Assembly (NCBI RefSeq): GCF_053078305.1
Contig: NZ_CP166879.1
Length of the DNA: 64,000 nucleotides
Direction: 5' to 3' (one strand)
The first letter of the stretch is position 1; each line of letters starts with the position of its first letter. The notes under the pieces are model-generated. The model worked only from the letters and a program-made list of their open reading frames with translations. It had not been told where the DNA came from and did not search any database. A program made the position numbers and the translations under genes. This document shows positions 54,972 to 63,771 of the stretch, in pieces.

Positions 54972-56377
54972 AACTGGCACCGAACGTAAAACGATTACCG
55001 AAAGATAAATACACCGAAGCGGTTATTTTTGCGGGTATTGATGCTCACTCATTCGCAGAGCATTACATCATTGCACAGGCCAAAAAAGCAGGCGATCCAG
55101 TCCCTCCCGTTTATCTGGGGCGTTATCAGTTAAGCGAACTGGATAACCTCCAGATTGTTGATGATGGGCGATACAGGGCGACGGTGATACGCGCCGGAAA
55201 TATTGAAGAGCCGCAGCTGTTAACCATCGCCACGAAACTGGCGAGCGCCGGAGTCCAGGAGGCGCGGCTACTTTCTGAAAATTTCGAATTGCTGGAGGAA
55301 TGGAGCGACCAGCTTCCACGGCTTAGGGAGGCATGGGAACGCGGGGAAAGCCTGGTCATGAAAAAAATTCCCCAGCGAAAAACCACGCTACCGATGAGCG
55401 TTGGATCTACCGGATACGACACACAGCTTGATTACGTGGTAAAGGGGATTATTCCGGCATCGTCGCTTTGCAGCATATACGGGGCGAGCGGTTCCTATAA
55501 ATCATTCCTTGCCGGATCGTGGGCGTGTCACGTTTCCACGGGCCGCCAGTGGGGAGGCCGCAGGGTGGCGCATGGCGCTGTTCTCTATGTGGTTGGTGAA
55601 GGCGGTATCGGCGTTCCGCGTCGTGTAAAAGCCTGGGAGGTTGTGCACGGTGAGCAGGTGAAAAATCTGTATCTGGTAAACCGTCCCATCTTTCCGGCTG
55701 TCCCGCTTGATGTTGATGAACTGGTTATTGCTGCCAGTCAGGTGGAGAGGGAAACGGGTAAACCTGTTCGCATGATTATTCTGGACACGCTGGCGCGTTG
55801 CTTTGGCGGCAATGATGAAAATGACTCCCGCGACATGGGGGCATTTATCCGTGGTTGTGACGAGCTTAAACGGCGCACAGGGGCTACGGTGCTGGTGGTT
55901 CACCATTCCGGCAAGGATGAAACAAAGGGGGCGCGTGGTTCCAGTGCATTTCGTGCATCACTGGACGCTGAATACCGGATACGCAGGGAGGACGCAGGAA
56001 GCGAAGCGCTGGTTATCTCATGCACCAAAATGAAGGACGCGGAGGAACTCAAAGAGGCTGCCTATGATTTGCGGGTGGTGGAGCTTTTTACCGACGCTGA
56101 CGGGGAGTTAATTACGTCGCTGGTGGTGGTGGATAAGCCGCGCCCTCCCGTTGAACTGGAGCGCATCGAGGAGGCAGGCAACAAGACGGAAAACCATACC
56201 GCGCTATGGGGGTGCATCCGTTCACGCACACAGAACGGCGACAAGTGCACGATCCCGCTGTTACGTGACGATATGAAAAAGCTGGGGTATGACACAAAAC
56301 ACCTTAAACGATGGTTAGCCAAACTGGAAAAAGACGACGTGATCTACATTGACGGTGATGATGTAGGACCACTGTAA
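54968..56377 (+). CDS. Replication ATPase (RecA/DnaB-like P-loop, putative initiator/helicase)
   Basis: 469-aa ORF with Walker A GASGSYKS and Walker B IILDTLAR; followed directly by iterons. Confidence 0.65.
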   Translation: MKLAPNVKRLPKDKYTEAVIFAGIDAHSFAEHYIIAQAKKAGDPVPPVYLGRYQLSELDNLQIVDDGRYRATVIRAGNIEEPQLLTIATKLASAGVQEARLLSENFELLEEWSDQLPRLREAWERGESLVMKKIPQRKTTLPMSVGSTGYDTQLDYVVKGIIPASSLCSIYGASGSYKSFLAGSWACHVSTGRQWGGRRVAHGAVLYVVGEGGIGVPRRVKAWEVVHGEQVKNLYLVNRPIFPAVPLDVDELVIAASQVERETGKPVRMIILDTLARCFGGNDENDSRDMGAFIRGCDELKRRTGATVLVVHHSGKDETKGARGSSAFRASLDAEYRIRREDAGSEALVISCTKMKDAEELKEAAYDLRVVELFTDADGELITSLVVVDKPRPPVELERIEEAGNKTENHTALWGCIRSRTQNGDKCTIPLLRDDMKKLGYDTKHLKRWLAKLEKDDVIYIDGDDVGPL

Positions 56378-56580
56378 AAAGTGGGCATTAAAAGTGGGAA
56401 AGGTGGGCGATTTAACGTAATTTTAACAAAATCACCCACTTTCCCACGTGTATATATCCCAAAAAGTGGGCACTAAAAAAATACCTATGAAACAAGATGA
56501 TATAAATCCCAAACTTCCCACGTTGGACGAAGTGGGAAAACGTAAAAAGTGGGCGAAAAAAGTGGGTAGAGGTGGGCAAA
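56378..56580. repeat. Iteron-type replication origin of the satellite
   Basis: At least eight copies of AAGTGGG(C/A)A in both orientations within 200 bp. Confidence 0.6.
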
Positions 56581-56831
56581 TGACTCAAAAACACAGAGAC
56601 AGAACAGAGCCAAAATATAAAGCGTTAGACATGACAGAGCACGCTTTAAAGGTGGCAATCAGGGTAATAGACCGCCACACGCGGGAAGGATACGCGAAGG
56701 AACATCCCGACCTGATAAGCGCATTCATGACCACAGCGGCGGCAAACTTTGCCACGCTGACAGAACGGGAGATAGCCGAAGCGGAACAGGTAACAACCAT
56801 CAACGTTAAAACCGGAGAGGTGGAATCATGA
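56580..56831 (+). CDS. Hypothetical protein
   Basis: ORF 56448-56831 overlaps the iterons; likely start ATG 56580. Confidence 0.35.
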   Translation: MTQKHRDRTEPKYKALDMTEHALKVAIRVIDRHTREGYAKEHPDLISAFMTTAAANFATLTEREIAEAEQVTTINVKTGEVES

Positions 56832-57238
56832 CAGCACAGATAGCCGCTTACGGGCGGCTGGTGGACGACCCGCAGGTAAAACAAACCAGCAAGGGCACAC
56901 CGATGACGCTGGCGCGTATGGCGGTATCTCTGCCATGCAGCCAGGCACAGGACGGGCAGGCTACGTTATGGCTATCAGTGATGGCATTTGGTAAGCAGGC
57001 CGACTTCCTGGCTAAACATCAAAAAGGCGATGTTGCCAGCGTATCCGGCACGATGCAGGTAAGCCAGTGGACCAGACAGAACGGGGAAACGCGGCAGGGT
57101 TATCAGGTTATTGCAGACAGTGTAATCAGTGCCCGTGCTGCCCGTCCTGGCGGGAGCAGACGTACAACCACAGGCACACAGGGTAATCAGCCACCAGCGG
57201 GAGGCGATGACCCTTACGGTGACGGTATTCCGTTCTGA
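56828..57238 (+). CDS. ssb: Single-stranded DNA-binding protein
   Basis: 136-aa OB-fold-like protein with Gly/Pro-rich tail ending DDPYGDGIPF. Confidence 0.7.
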   Translation: MTAQIAAYGRLVDDPQVKQTSKGTPMTLARMAVSLPCSQAQDGQATLWLSVMAFGKQADFLAKHQKGDVASVSGTMQVSQWTRQNGETRQGYQVIADSVISARAARPGGSRRTTTGTQGNQPPAGGDDPYGDGIPF

Positions 57239-57248
57239 GGGGGTGACG

Positions 57249-57521
57249 ATGGTACATGACCGCATAGCGGAGGAACTCGAGGCAAAAGGCTTTTACCGGA
57301 GGGCGGCGGCGCGATGGGGTGAAGTTATGCAGCTGGTGGAGACAGACAAGGAACGGCATCAGGTTACGATGCGACGGCTGGAATGTTCCAGGAAGGCACA
57401 GAGGCCACCGGAGCCGCCGGATAACTTCGGAGACCTGAAAAAAGCAGTAGATCGCACTTATGCCGAAATGGGTATGGATGGTGTAAGCGATGAAATATGG
57501 CGTAATTACCCAGACAGCTAA
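57249..57521 (+). CDS. Hypothetical protein, possibly PerC-like activator
   Basis: 90-aa ORF (ATG 57249); N-terminal AEELEAKGFYRRAAARW resembles PerC family from memory. Confidence 0.35.
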   Translation: MVHDRIAEELEAKGFYRRAAARWGEVMQLVETDKERHQVTMRRLECSRKAQRPPEPPDNFGDLKKAVDRTYAEMGMDGVSDEIWRNYPDS

Positions 57522-57527
57522 TCAACA

Positions 57528-57549
57528 GCCGGAGAAATCCGGCTTTTTT
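57528..57549 (+). terminator. Rho-independent terminator
   Basis: gccgg-agaaat-ccggc hairpin plus TTTTTT; identical hairpin at 59802. Confidence 0.6.
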
Positions 57550-57562
57550 GTACCCAAAAAAA

Positions 57563-57598
57563 GCCCGATAAGTACAGGAGGCATCTTATCGGGCTTTT
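57563..57598 (+). terminator. Second tandem terminator hairpin
   Basis: gcccgataag ... cttatcgggc stem followed by TTTT. Confidence 0.5.
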
Positions 57599-57760
57599 GC
57601 ATATGAGGTTTTTTTGGTGCACTGACACACATGATCGGGGTAATCATTTCATAATTTGCAACACAACTCAACATCATTGCACAAAATGCAATCCTGATTA
57701 TAATCAGAGCTGGATGAACATCCAGTTCTGATTTTTTAAGTCAAAGAGGAATTTCTTACT

Positions 57761-57967
57761 ATGGCTGAAGAGAAAAAAGGCGGTGTTTCGGTGTACATAA
57801 GCCCCGAAATCGTGGAGGTGCTCAAGCAGCGCCACAAAAAAAACTATGAGGCTGGCGTAGCGGCTGGACTGGATCCGCTGATGACGCCGGAGCCGTCGAT
57901 AGGTTCACTTGTGCGCTCTTATTTACTTGCGGCGCTTGGGATGCATAAAAATTATGGTGGTGAATAA
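57761..57967 (+). CDS. Hypothetical protein
   Basis: 68-aa ORF with RBS agagga, immediately upstream of capsid-like gene. Confidence 0.4.
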   Translation: MAEEKKGGVSVYISPEIVEVLKQRHKKNYEAGVAAGLDPLMTPEPSIGSLVRSYLLAALGMHKNYGGE

Positions 57968-59022
57968 TGACAGTAAAAGCAATGGCACTTACAACTAACC
58001 AGCTTTTCGCGTACCTGAATCGCGGGGATATTGCAGAATTTAAATTCAGTCCGCTGTTTACCACGCTGTTTTTCCCGAACGTGGCGACCTTCAACACCCA
58101 GAACATCATGCTGGACACCCTGGACATTGAAGAGGTTACGATGTCAGCGTTCTGTTCGCCTATGGTGGGTAGTCAGGTCCAGCGCGATAAAGGGTACGAA
58201 ACCAGCACGATTAAACCAGGCTACATGAAACCCAAACACGAAATCGATCCAACAAAAACCATCATGCGCATGGCTGGAGAAGATCCGGCACAGCTTAACG
58301 ACCCTACCTACCGCCGTATGCGCCTGATTACTGGCAACATGCGCCGCCAGATAAACGCCATTAAAGCGCGCGTGGAATGGCTGGCGGTGAATGCGATAAC
58401 GACCGGAAAAAACATCATTGAGGGCGAAGGCATAGAACGCTATGAAATCGACTGGAAAATACCGGAAAACTGCATCATAGAGCAGGCCAAGGGTAAAAAA
58501 TGGTCCGAGCATGATAAAGATATTTACGATCCAATCTATGACATCGAACTATACGCAGATCAGGCAGGTTGCCCCGCCAACGTCATGATTATGGGCGCTG
58601 AGGTATGGCGCACGTTACGCAGCTTTAAAAAATTCCGCGAACTGTACGATCTTTCCCGTGGTTCAGAATCCGCCGCAGAACTGGCCTGTAAAAACCTGGG
58701 TGAAGTAGTGAGCTTTAAAGGCTATCTGGGCGATATTGCCCTTATCGTCTATTCCGGCAAATACACTGACAGCGACGGTACCGAAAAATATTTCCTTGAG
58801 CCTGATTTGCTGGTCCTGGGTAACACCAACAATAAAGGGCTGGTGGCCTATGGTGCGATTATGGATCAGGAAGCGGTAAGAACGGGCGCAACGCAAAACA
58901 TGTTCTACCCGAAAAACTGGATTGAAGACGGCGATCCGGCGATTGAGTACGTTCAGACGCACAGCGCACCGCAGCCGGTACCGGCAGATATTCGCAAATT
59001 TGTTACCGTCAAAATTGCTTAA
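57967..59022 (+). CDS. Major capsid protein homologue (lambda gpE-like)
   Basis: 351-aa protein sharing conserved blocks with lambda gpE (FxFxPLF, GYxKPKHE, DPxYRRxR, YDPxxDIExYA, VSxKGxxGDxAxxVYSG, YPKNW, GDPA, SAP); similarity judged from recalled gpE sequence. Confidence 0.65.
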   Translation: MTVKAMALTTNQLFAYLNRGDIAEFKFSPLFTTLFFPNVATFNTQNIMLDTLDIEEVTMSAFCSPMVGSQVQRDKGYETSTIKPGYMKPKHEIDPTKTIMRMAGEDPAQLNDPTYRRMRLITGNMRRQINAIKARVEWLAVNAITTGKNIIEGEGIERYEIDWKIPENCIIEQAKGKKWSEHDKDIYDPIYDIELYADQAGCPANVMIMGAEVWRTLRSFKKFRELYDLSRGSESAAELACKNLGEVVSFKGYLGDIALIVYSGKYTDSDGTEKYFLEPDLLVLGNTNNKGLVAYGAIMDQEAVRTGATQNMFYPKNWIEDGDPAIEYVQTHSAPQPVPADIRKFVTVKIA

Positions 59023-59033
59023 CGGGGGATTCT

Positions 59034-59369
59034 ATGGACACTCCATACATTGAGTTATTTGCAGGCAGTCAGCAGGTATCCACGACGCTGGTACATTTTG
59101 CCGCTGATGCTGGCGTTATTCAGGAATTTACCCCGCTGATGCTGGCGGACAATGGCGAGTTTAAGCCGTGGGATGGTCAGGAATCTGGCAAGGCTGTTTA
59201 TCTGACCTCGTACCCCGTGGACACGTCAAAGCAGAAATCAGCACAGTGTTACAAGACGGGGATATTTAATATCGCCGCCGTAAACTGGCCTGAGAGCGCC
59301 GACACTGACGCGAAAAAATGCGCCGCCTTTGCGGGTTCTGGCGTATCCGTTCAGCCGCTGGCGCGATAA
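59034..59369 (+). CDS. Head decoration protein homologue (lambda gpD-like)
   Basis: 111-aa protein aligning with gpD (TPLML, WDG, YKTGxF, WPE, AFAG), also with the bona fide D N-terminus at 63772. Confidence 0.6.
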   Translation: MDTPYIELFAGSQQVSTTLVHFAADAGVIQEFTPLMLADNGEFKPWDGQESGKAVYLTSYPVDTSKQKSAQCYKTGIFNIAAVNWPESADTDAKKCAAFAGSGVSVQPLAR

Positions 59370-59381
59370 GCAGGGGAAACG

Positions 59382-59795
59382 ATGGCAACGAATGAAAGCA
59401 TCATGGCGCTACCGCTGGCGAGTAAATTTAAAGCAGAAGCGCGGGCAATGGCTGACAGAGGTTTATCAACCTACGAGGCCGTATATCAACTCAACAAACT
59501 GGAAGAGCAGGACAAGCCGCGCGCTGATGCGATTATGGCGCTTCATGAACATAACGACTATCAGCCGCTGTTACGTGCAATGGCAAACGTGCCATGTATT
59601 AGCGTCGATAATGCTCGTGAAATCCTGAACATGACCATAGAGCAGGAGCGCCCAAAGGTTGCGCCGGAGCTTACCGCAGCCTTTGAAAACTTTATGGACA
59701 TGCACAGCCCGAAAGCCGTATCACCCGGCATGGCATACGACGGCAGAAACCAGGGCGATGAAGGCGACGTCGATCGCATACTGAAAACCATCTGA
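59382..59795 (+). CDS. Hypothetical protein
   Basis: 137-aa ORF between decoration-like gene and terminator. Confidence 0.4.
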   Translation: MATNESIMALPLASKFKAEARAMADRGLSTYEAVYQLNKLEEQDKPRADAIMALHEHNDYQPLLRAMANVPCISVDNAREILNMTIEQERPKVAPELTAAFENFMDMHSPKAVSPGMAYDGRNQGDEGDVDRILKTI

Positions 59796-59801
59796 CATAA
59801 G

Positions 59802-59824
59802 GCCGGAGAAATCCGGCTTTTTTT
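59802..59824 (+). terminator. Rho-independent terminator (duplicate of 57528 hairpin)
   Basis: gccgg-agaaat-ccggc plus TTTTTTT. Confidence 0.6.
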
Positions 59825-59856
59825 ACGGGTCCTTTCCGGCATATGGACCCGTTACG

Positions 59857-59868
59857 GGGCGGCGACCT
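59857..59868 (+). other. Satellite cos-like site (cosN GGGCGGCGACCT) in direct orientation
   Basis: About 60 bp (59825-59890) nearly identical to prophage cos 46155-46220, diverging in the cosB-proximal part. Confidence 0.7.
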
Positions 59869-60001
59869 CGCGGTTTTTCGCTATTTATGAGCTTTTTTCG
59901 GGTGCTGGTGGTGGTTTTGTTTTTCGCTCTATCTCTATGAATAAAAAGGGAAAGATAAAACCAATACACCAACCTGAAACATTACTTAAGTGGGGATATT
60001 G

Positions 60002-60544
60002 ATGAAATCGCACCTGATGAACAAAAAAAACATGGCGCAAAGCTGCCGTGTAAGTGCGACAGCGTTCGACAAGTGGGGAGTGACTCCCGTTGAACGTAAA
60101 GGACGCGAGGCTTTTTACGATGTTGCCAGCGTGATAGACAATCGGGTAAGCAATGCAATTAACCAGGTTACAAACGACAAAGGCGAGATTGATGATGATG
60201 AACTCTTACGAGTCAGGATCAGATTACTGACCGCCCAGGCTGAGGCGCAGGAACTTAAAAACGAGCGCGATCGCGGTGACGTAATTGATACTGAGTTTTG
60301 CCTGTACGCGCTTTCAAAGCTGGCGAGTCAGATTTCTTCAATCATGGACAGTTTGCCGCTTACCATGCAAAGGCGCTTCCCGCAGATTACTCCCGCTATG
60401 CTGGATGGGCTTAAAAGGGAAGTGGTTAAAGCCTGTAATGCCAGTGCCACAGTTGCCGACAACCTCCCGAAGATACTGGCTGATTACCTGATGGAAACTA
60501 CCGGAGACGTACCGGAGAAGTTGCTACAGAAGAAAGGCGAGTAA
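60002..60544 (+). CDS. Nu1-like small terminase / packaging-redirection protein
   Basis: ORF 59990-60544 (GTG); C-terminal region resembles lambda Nu1 (LTxAQAxAQELKNxRD, LSxxAxxIxSIxDxxPLxxQRRFP); N-terminal DNA-binding region differs. Confidence 0.6.
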   Translation: MKSHLMNKKNMAQSCRVSATAFDKWGVTPVERKGREAFYDVASVIDNRVSNAINQVTNDKGEIDDDELLRVRIRLLTAQAEAQELKNERDRGDVIDTEFCLYALSKLASQISSIMDSLPLTMQRRFPQITPAMLDGLKREVVKACNASATVADNLPKILADYLMETTGDVPEKLLQKKGE

Positions 60545-60724
60545 CAGACGCGCAATTATTGAACAAAAGTAAGGCCCGACATGAAATCACCCAAAAATGC
60601 CTTTTTCATGCGTTTGTATGTCTGACCTTTTACGGTTTCGATATTATAAAAAACAAATAGTTACGCTCGAGAGGTACCGACACGCATTTTTCAGGAAAAT
60701 TTTCATAAACAGATAAAAACCGCG

Positions 60725-60736
60725 AGGTCGCCGCCC
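60725..60736 (-). other. Second cos-like site in inverted orientation
   Basis: aggtcgccgccc is the reverse complement of cosN; flanks on the minus strand resemble cosQ/cosB. Confidence 0.6.
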
Positions 60737-60800
60737 CGTAACGGGCCATAATTCCAGGAAGGACCCGACGACACCAGGCTATCAGAACGATGAGGGCACA

Positions 60801-61082
60801 ATGACAGAAGCCGAACTACTGGGATTAATCCGCTACGTTACCGGAATCAGCCAGCAGCATGACGAACAGGCCACGCAGCCGGACAGCGTGACCGCTGAAA
60901 ATTATGCGCGTGTTGTTGCTGAGGTGATGCGCCGTGATGGTATCCAGCTTAATGATGCAGATATGCGCGACATACGGATCCGCGTTCTTGAAATGCTGGC
61001 CTACCGTCGCCGCGTGCAGACGTACAGGGAAAAAGCAAAAATAACGTACCAGTGGAAGAAGCCGGAGCGATTACGGCGGTAA
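60801..61082 (+). CDS. Hypothetical protein
   Basis: 93-aa ORF. Confidence 0.35.
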   Translation: MTEAELLGLIRYVTGISQQHDEQATQPDSVTAENYARVVAEVMRRDGIQLNDADMRDIRIRVLEMLAYRRRVQTYREKAKITYQWKKPERLRR

Positions 61083-61127
61083 CTTGCTGATATTCCCGAT
61101 AACGCAAAATTGCGCTCTGTCCTAACC

Positions 61128-61259
61128 CGTTGATATTTTCGGGAACAGCCAACGGCTGAGGCCGGAACAACGATTATCTTTCAGATAGTCAGAGCTACGA
61201 AATTTTCGTAGTTTAATTACTCGCCAGTTTATCGTTAACTCGTTGATATTTTCGGTAAC
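61128..61259. repeat. Two 19-bp direct repeats flanking a perfect 17-bp palindrome
   Basis: cgttgatattttcgggaac at 61128-61146 and cgttgatattttcggtaac at 61241-61259; palindrome ctacgaaattttcgtag at 61195-61211. Confidence 0.8.
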
Positions 61260-61587
61260 CTCAATTTGAGGAGATCGGAAACATAACCCTTCACATTCTG
61301 AATGGTTATAATGACCACTCAGACCATCAAGGCAACCATAACGAACATCGTTACGGTTGGAGCTTTTACCCCACTGGGGGGAAGGTGCACATCTGGATCA
61401 TCATTACCGTGATCAAGGGTATGTAAAACCCACCAGCCTGATTAACTGTTAACCGGAAAAAAGCCAGGTAGCCAATCTCGATATGGGGATCCCCATATCG
61501 ACATTAACGCCCCCTAGAACTGCGCATATCTGCATATAAAAACATCCACCAGCTTTATGACGGATGCCGCTCATCTGATAAATAATC

Positions 61588-61610
61588 GTGTATTGCAATG
61601 TGTATTGCGA
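61588..61610. repeat. Two direct copies of GTGTATTGC(A/G)A at the right end (putative integrase arm sites)
   Basis: Same 11-mer as the three copies at 49980-50032, same orientation. Confidence 0.6.
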
Positions 61611-61688
61611 CTCCTTTAAACGATAGGTTTGAGCATTCGTAATGTACTGTTTTTAAATTTTATTTTTTCCTGTCTTTTCATAAAAGCC

Positions 61689-62462
61689 ATGTATGCCGCC
61701 ACCATTGAGAGTGAGCTGGATACGCAGTCAGCGATGGATTTTATTCTGGGCGCGAACAGTCAGGAGCAGCGGGAAAGGCTGACCGGCTGGATTGGTGAAA
61801 TTGCCGCGTATTACGCCGCAGCACCGGTCCGTCTGGGAGGCGCAAAAGTGCCGCACCTGATGCCGGGGGACTCACTGAACCTGCAGACGGCTCAGGACAC
61901 GGATAACGGCTACTCCGTGTTTGAGCAGTCACTGTTGCGGTATATCGCTGCCGGGCTGGGTGTCTCGTATGAGCAGCTTTCCCGGAATTACGCCCAGATG
62001 AGCTACTCCACGGCACGGGCCAGTGCGAACGAGTCGTGGGCGTACTTTATGGGGCGGCGAAAATTCGTCGCATCCCGTCAGGCGAGCCAGATGTTTCTGT
62101 GCTGGCTGGAAGAGGCCATCGCTCGCCGCGTGGTGACGTTACCTTCAAAAGCACGCTTCAGTTTTCAGGAAGCCCGAAGTGCCTGGGGGAACTGCGACTG
62201 GATAGGCTCCGGTCGTATGGCCATCGATGGTCTGAAAGAAGTACAGGAAGCGGTGATGCTGATAGAAGCCGGACTGAGTACCTACGAGAAAGAGTGCGCA
62301 AAACGCGGTGACGACTATCAGGAAATTTTTGCCCAGCAGGTCCGTGAAACGATGGAGCGCCGTGCAGCCGGTCTTAAACCGCCCGCCTGGGCGGCTGCGG
62401 CATTTGAATCCGGGCTGCGACAATCAACAGAGGAGGAGAAGAGTGACAGCAGAGCTGCGTAA
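61689..62462 (+). pseudogene. Portal protein B, 3' portion (codons 277-533)
   Basis: From MYAATIESELDTQSAMDFILG... to the stop; joins the 49850 half in frame to give 533 aa; ORF-track N-terminal extension is satellite sequence. Confidence 0.85.
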
Positions 62463-63762
62463 TCTCCCGCATATTGCCAGCATGGCCTTTAATGAGCCGC
62501 TGATGCTTGAACCCGCCTATGCGCGGGTTTTCTTTTGTGCGCTTGCAGGCCAGCTTGGGATCAGCCGCCTGACGGATGCGGTGTCCGGCGACAGCCTGAC
62601 TGCCCAGGAGGCACTCGCGACGCTGGCATTATCCGGTGATGATGACGGACCACGACAGGCCCGCAGTTATCAGGTCATGAACGGCATCGCCGTGCTGCCG
62701 GTGTCCGGCACGCTGGTCAGCCGGACGCGGGCGCTGCAGCCGTACTCGGGGATGACCGGTTACAACGGCATTATCGCCCGTCTGCAACAGGCTGCCAGCG
62801 ATCCGATGGTGGACGGCATTCTGCTCGATATGGACACGCCCGGCGGGATGGTGGCGGGGGCATTTGACTGCGCTGACATCATCGCCCGTGTGCGTGACAT
62901 AAAACCGGTATGGGCGCTTGCCAACGACATGAACTGCAGTGCAGGTCAGTTGCTTGCCAGTGCCGCCTCCCGGCGTCTGGTCACGCAGACCGCCCGGACA
63001 GGCTCCATCGGCGTCATGATGGCTCACAGTAATTACGGTGCTGCGCTGGAGAAACAGGGTGTGGAAATCACGCTGATTTACAGCGGCAGCCATAAGGTGG
63101 ATGGCAACCCCTACAGCCATCTTCCGGATGACGTCCGGGAGACACTGCAGTCCCGGATGGACGCAACCCGCCAGATGTTTGCGCAGAAGGTGTCGGCATA
63201 TACCGGCCTGTCCGTGCAGGCTGTGCTGGATACCGAGGCTGCAGTGTACAGCGGTCAGGAGGCCATTGATGCCGGACTGGCTGATGAACTTGTTAACAGC
63301 ACCGATGCGATCACCGTCATGCGTGATGCACTGGATGCACGTAAATCCCGTCTCTCAGGAGGGCGAATGACCAAAGAGACTCAATCAACAACTGTTTCAG
63401 CCACTGCTTCGCAGGCTGACGTTACTGACGTGGTGCCAGCGACGGAGGGCGAGAACGCCAGCGCGGCGCAGCCGGACGTGAACGCGCAGATCACCGCAGC
63501 GGTTGCGGCAGAAAACAGCCGCATTATGGGGATCCTCAACTGTGAGGAGGCTCACGGACGCGAAGAACAGGCACGCGTGCTGGCAGAAACCCCCGGTATG
63601 ACCGTGAAAACGGCCCGCCGCATTCTGGCCGCAGCACCACAGAGTGCACAGGCGCGCAGTGACACTGCGCTGGATCGTCTGATGCAGGGGGCACCGGCAC
63701 CGCTGGCTGCAGGTAACCCGGCATCTGATGCCGTTAACGATTTGCTGAACACACCAGTGTAA
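62443..63762 (+). CDS. Minor capsid protein C (head protease/scaffold)
   Basis: ORF 62308-63762; gpC N-terminus MTAELRNLPHIAS from GTG at 62443, overlapping B 3' end. Confidence 0.85.
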   Translation: MTAELRNLPHIASMAFNEPLMLEPAYARVFFCALAGQLGISRLTDAVSGDSLTAQEALATLALSGDDDGPRQARSYQVMNGIAVLPVSGTLVSRTRALQPYSGMTGYNGIIARLQQAASDPMVDGILLDMDTPGGMVAGAFDCADIIARVRDIKPVWALANDMNCSAGQLLASAASRRLVTQTARTGSIGVMMAHSNYGAALEKQGVEITLIYSGSHKVDGNPYSHLPDDVRETLQSRMDATRQMFAQKVSAYTGLSVQAVLDTEAAVYSGQEAIDAGLADELVNSTDAITVMRDALDARKSRLSGGRMTKETQSTTVSATASQADVTDVVPATEGENASAAQPDVNAQITAAVAAENSRIMGILNCEEAHGREEQARVLAETPGMTVKTARRILAAAPQSAQARSDTALDRLMQGAPAPLAAGNPASDAVNDLLNTPV

Positions 63763-63771
63763 GGGATGTTT

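Larger units (their letters stand above)
49851..61688. mobile_element. Integrated 11.8-kb satellite-like element (PICI / phage-satellite type) inside portal gene B
   Basis: Bounded by the two halves of B; carries P4-type integrase, alpA, replication module with iterons, cos-like sites, capsid-related genes; direct repeats gtgtattgcaa near both ends. Confidence 0.8.

Noticed and set aside
56448-56579. N-terminal extension of the 127-aa ORF across the iteron array
   Set aside because: Coding through an origin repeat array is unlikely; start moved to ATG 56580.
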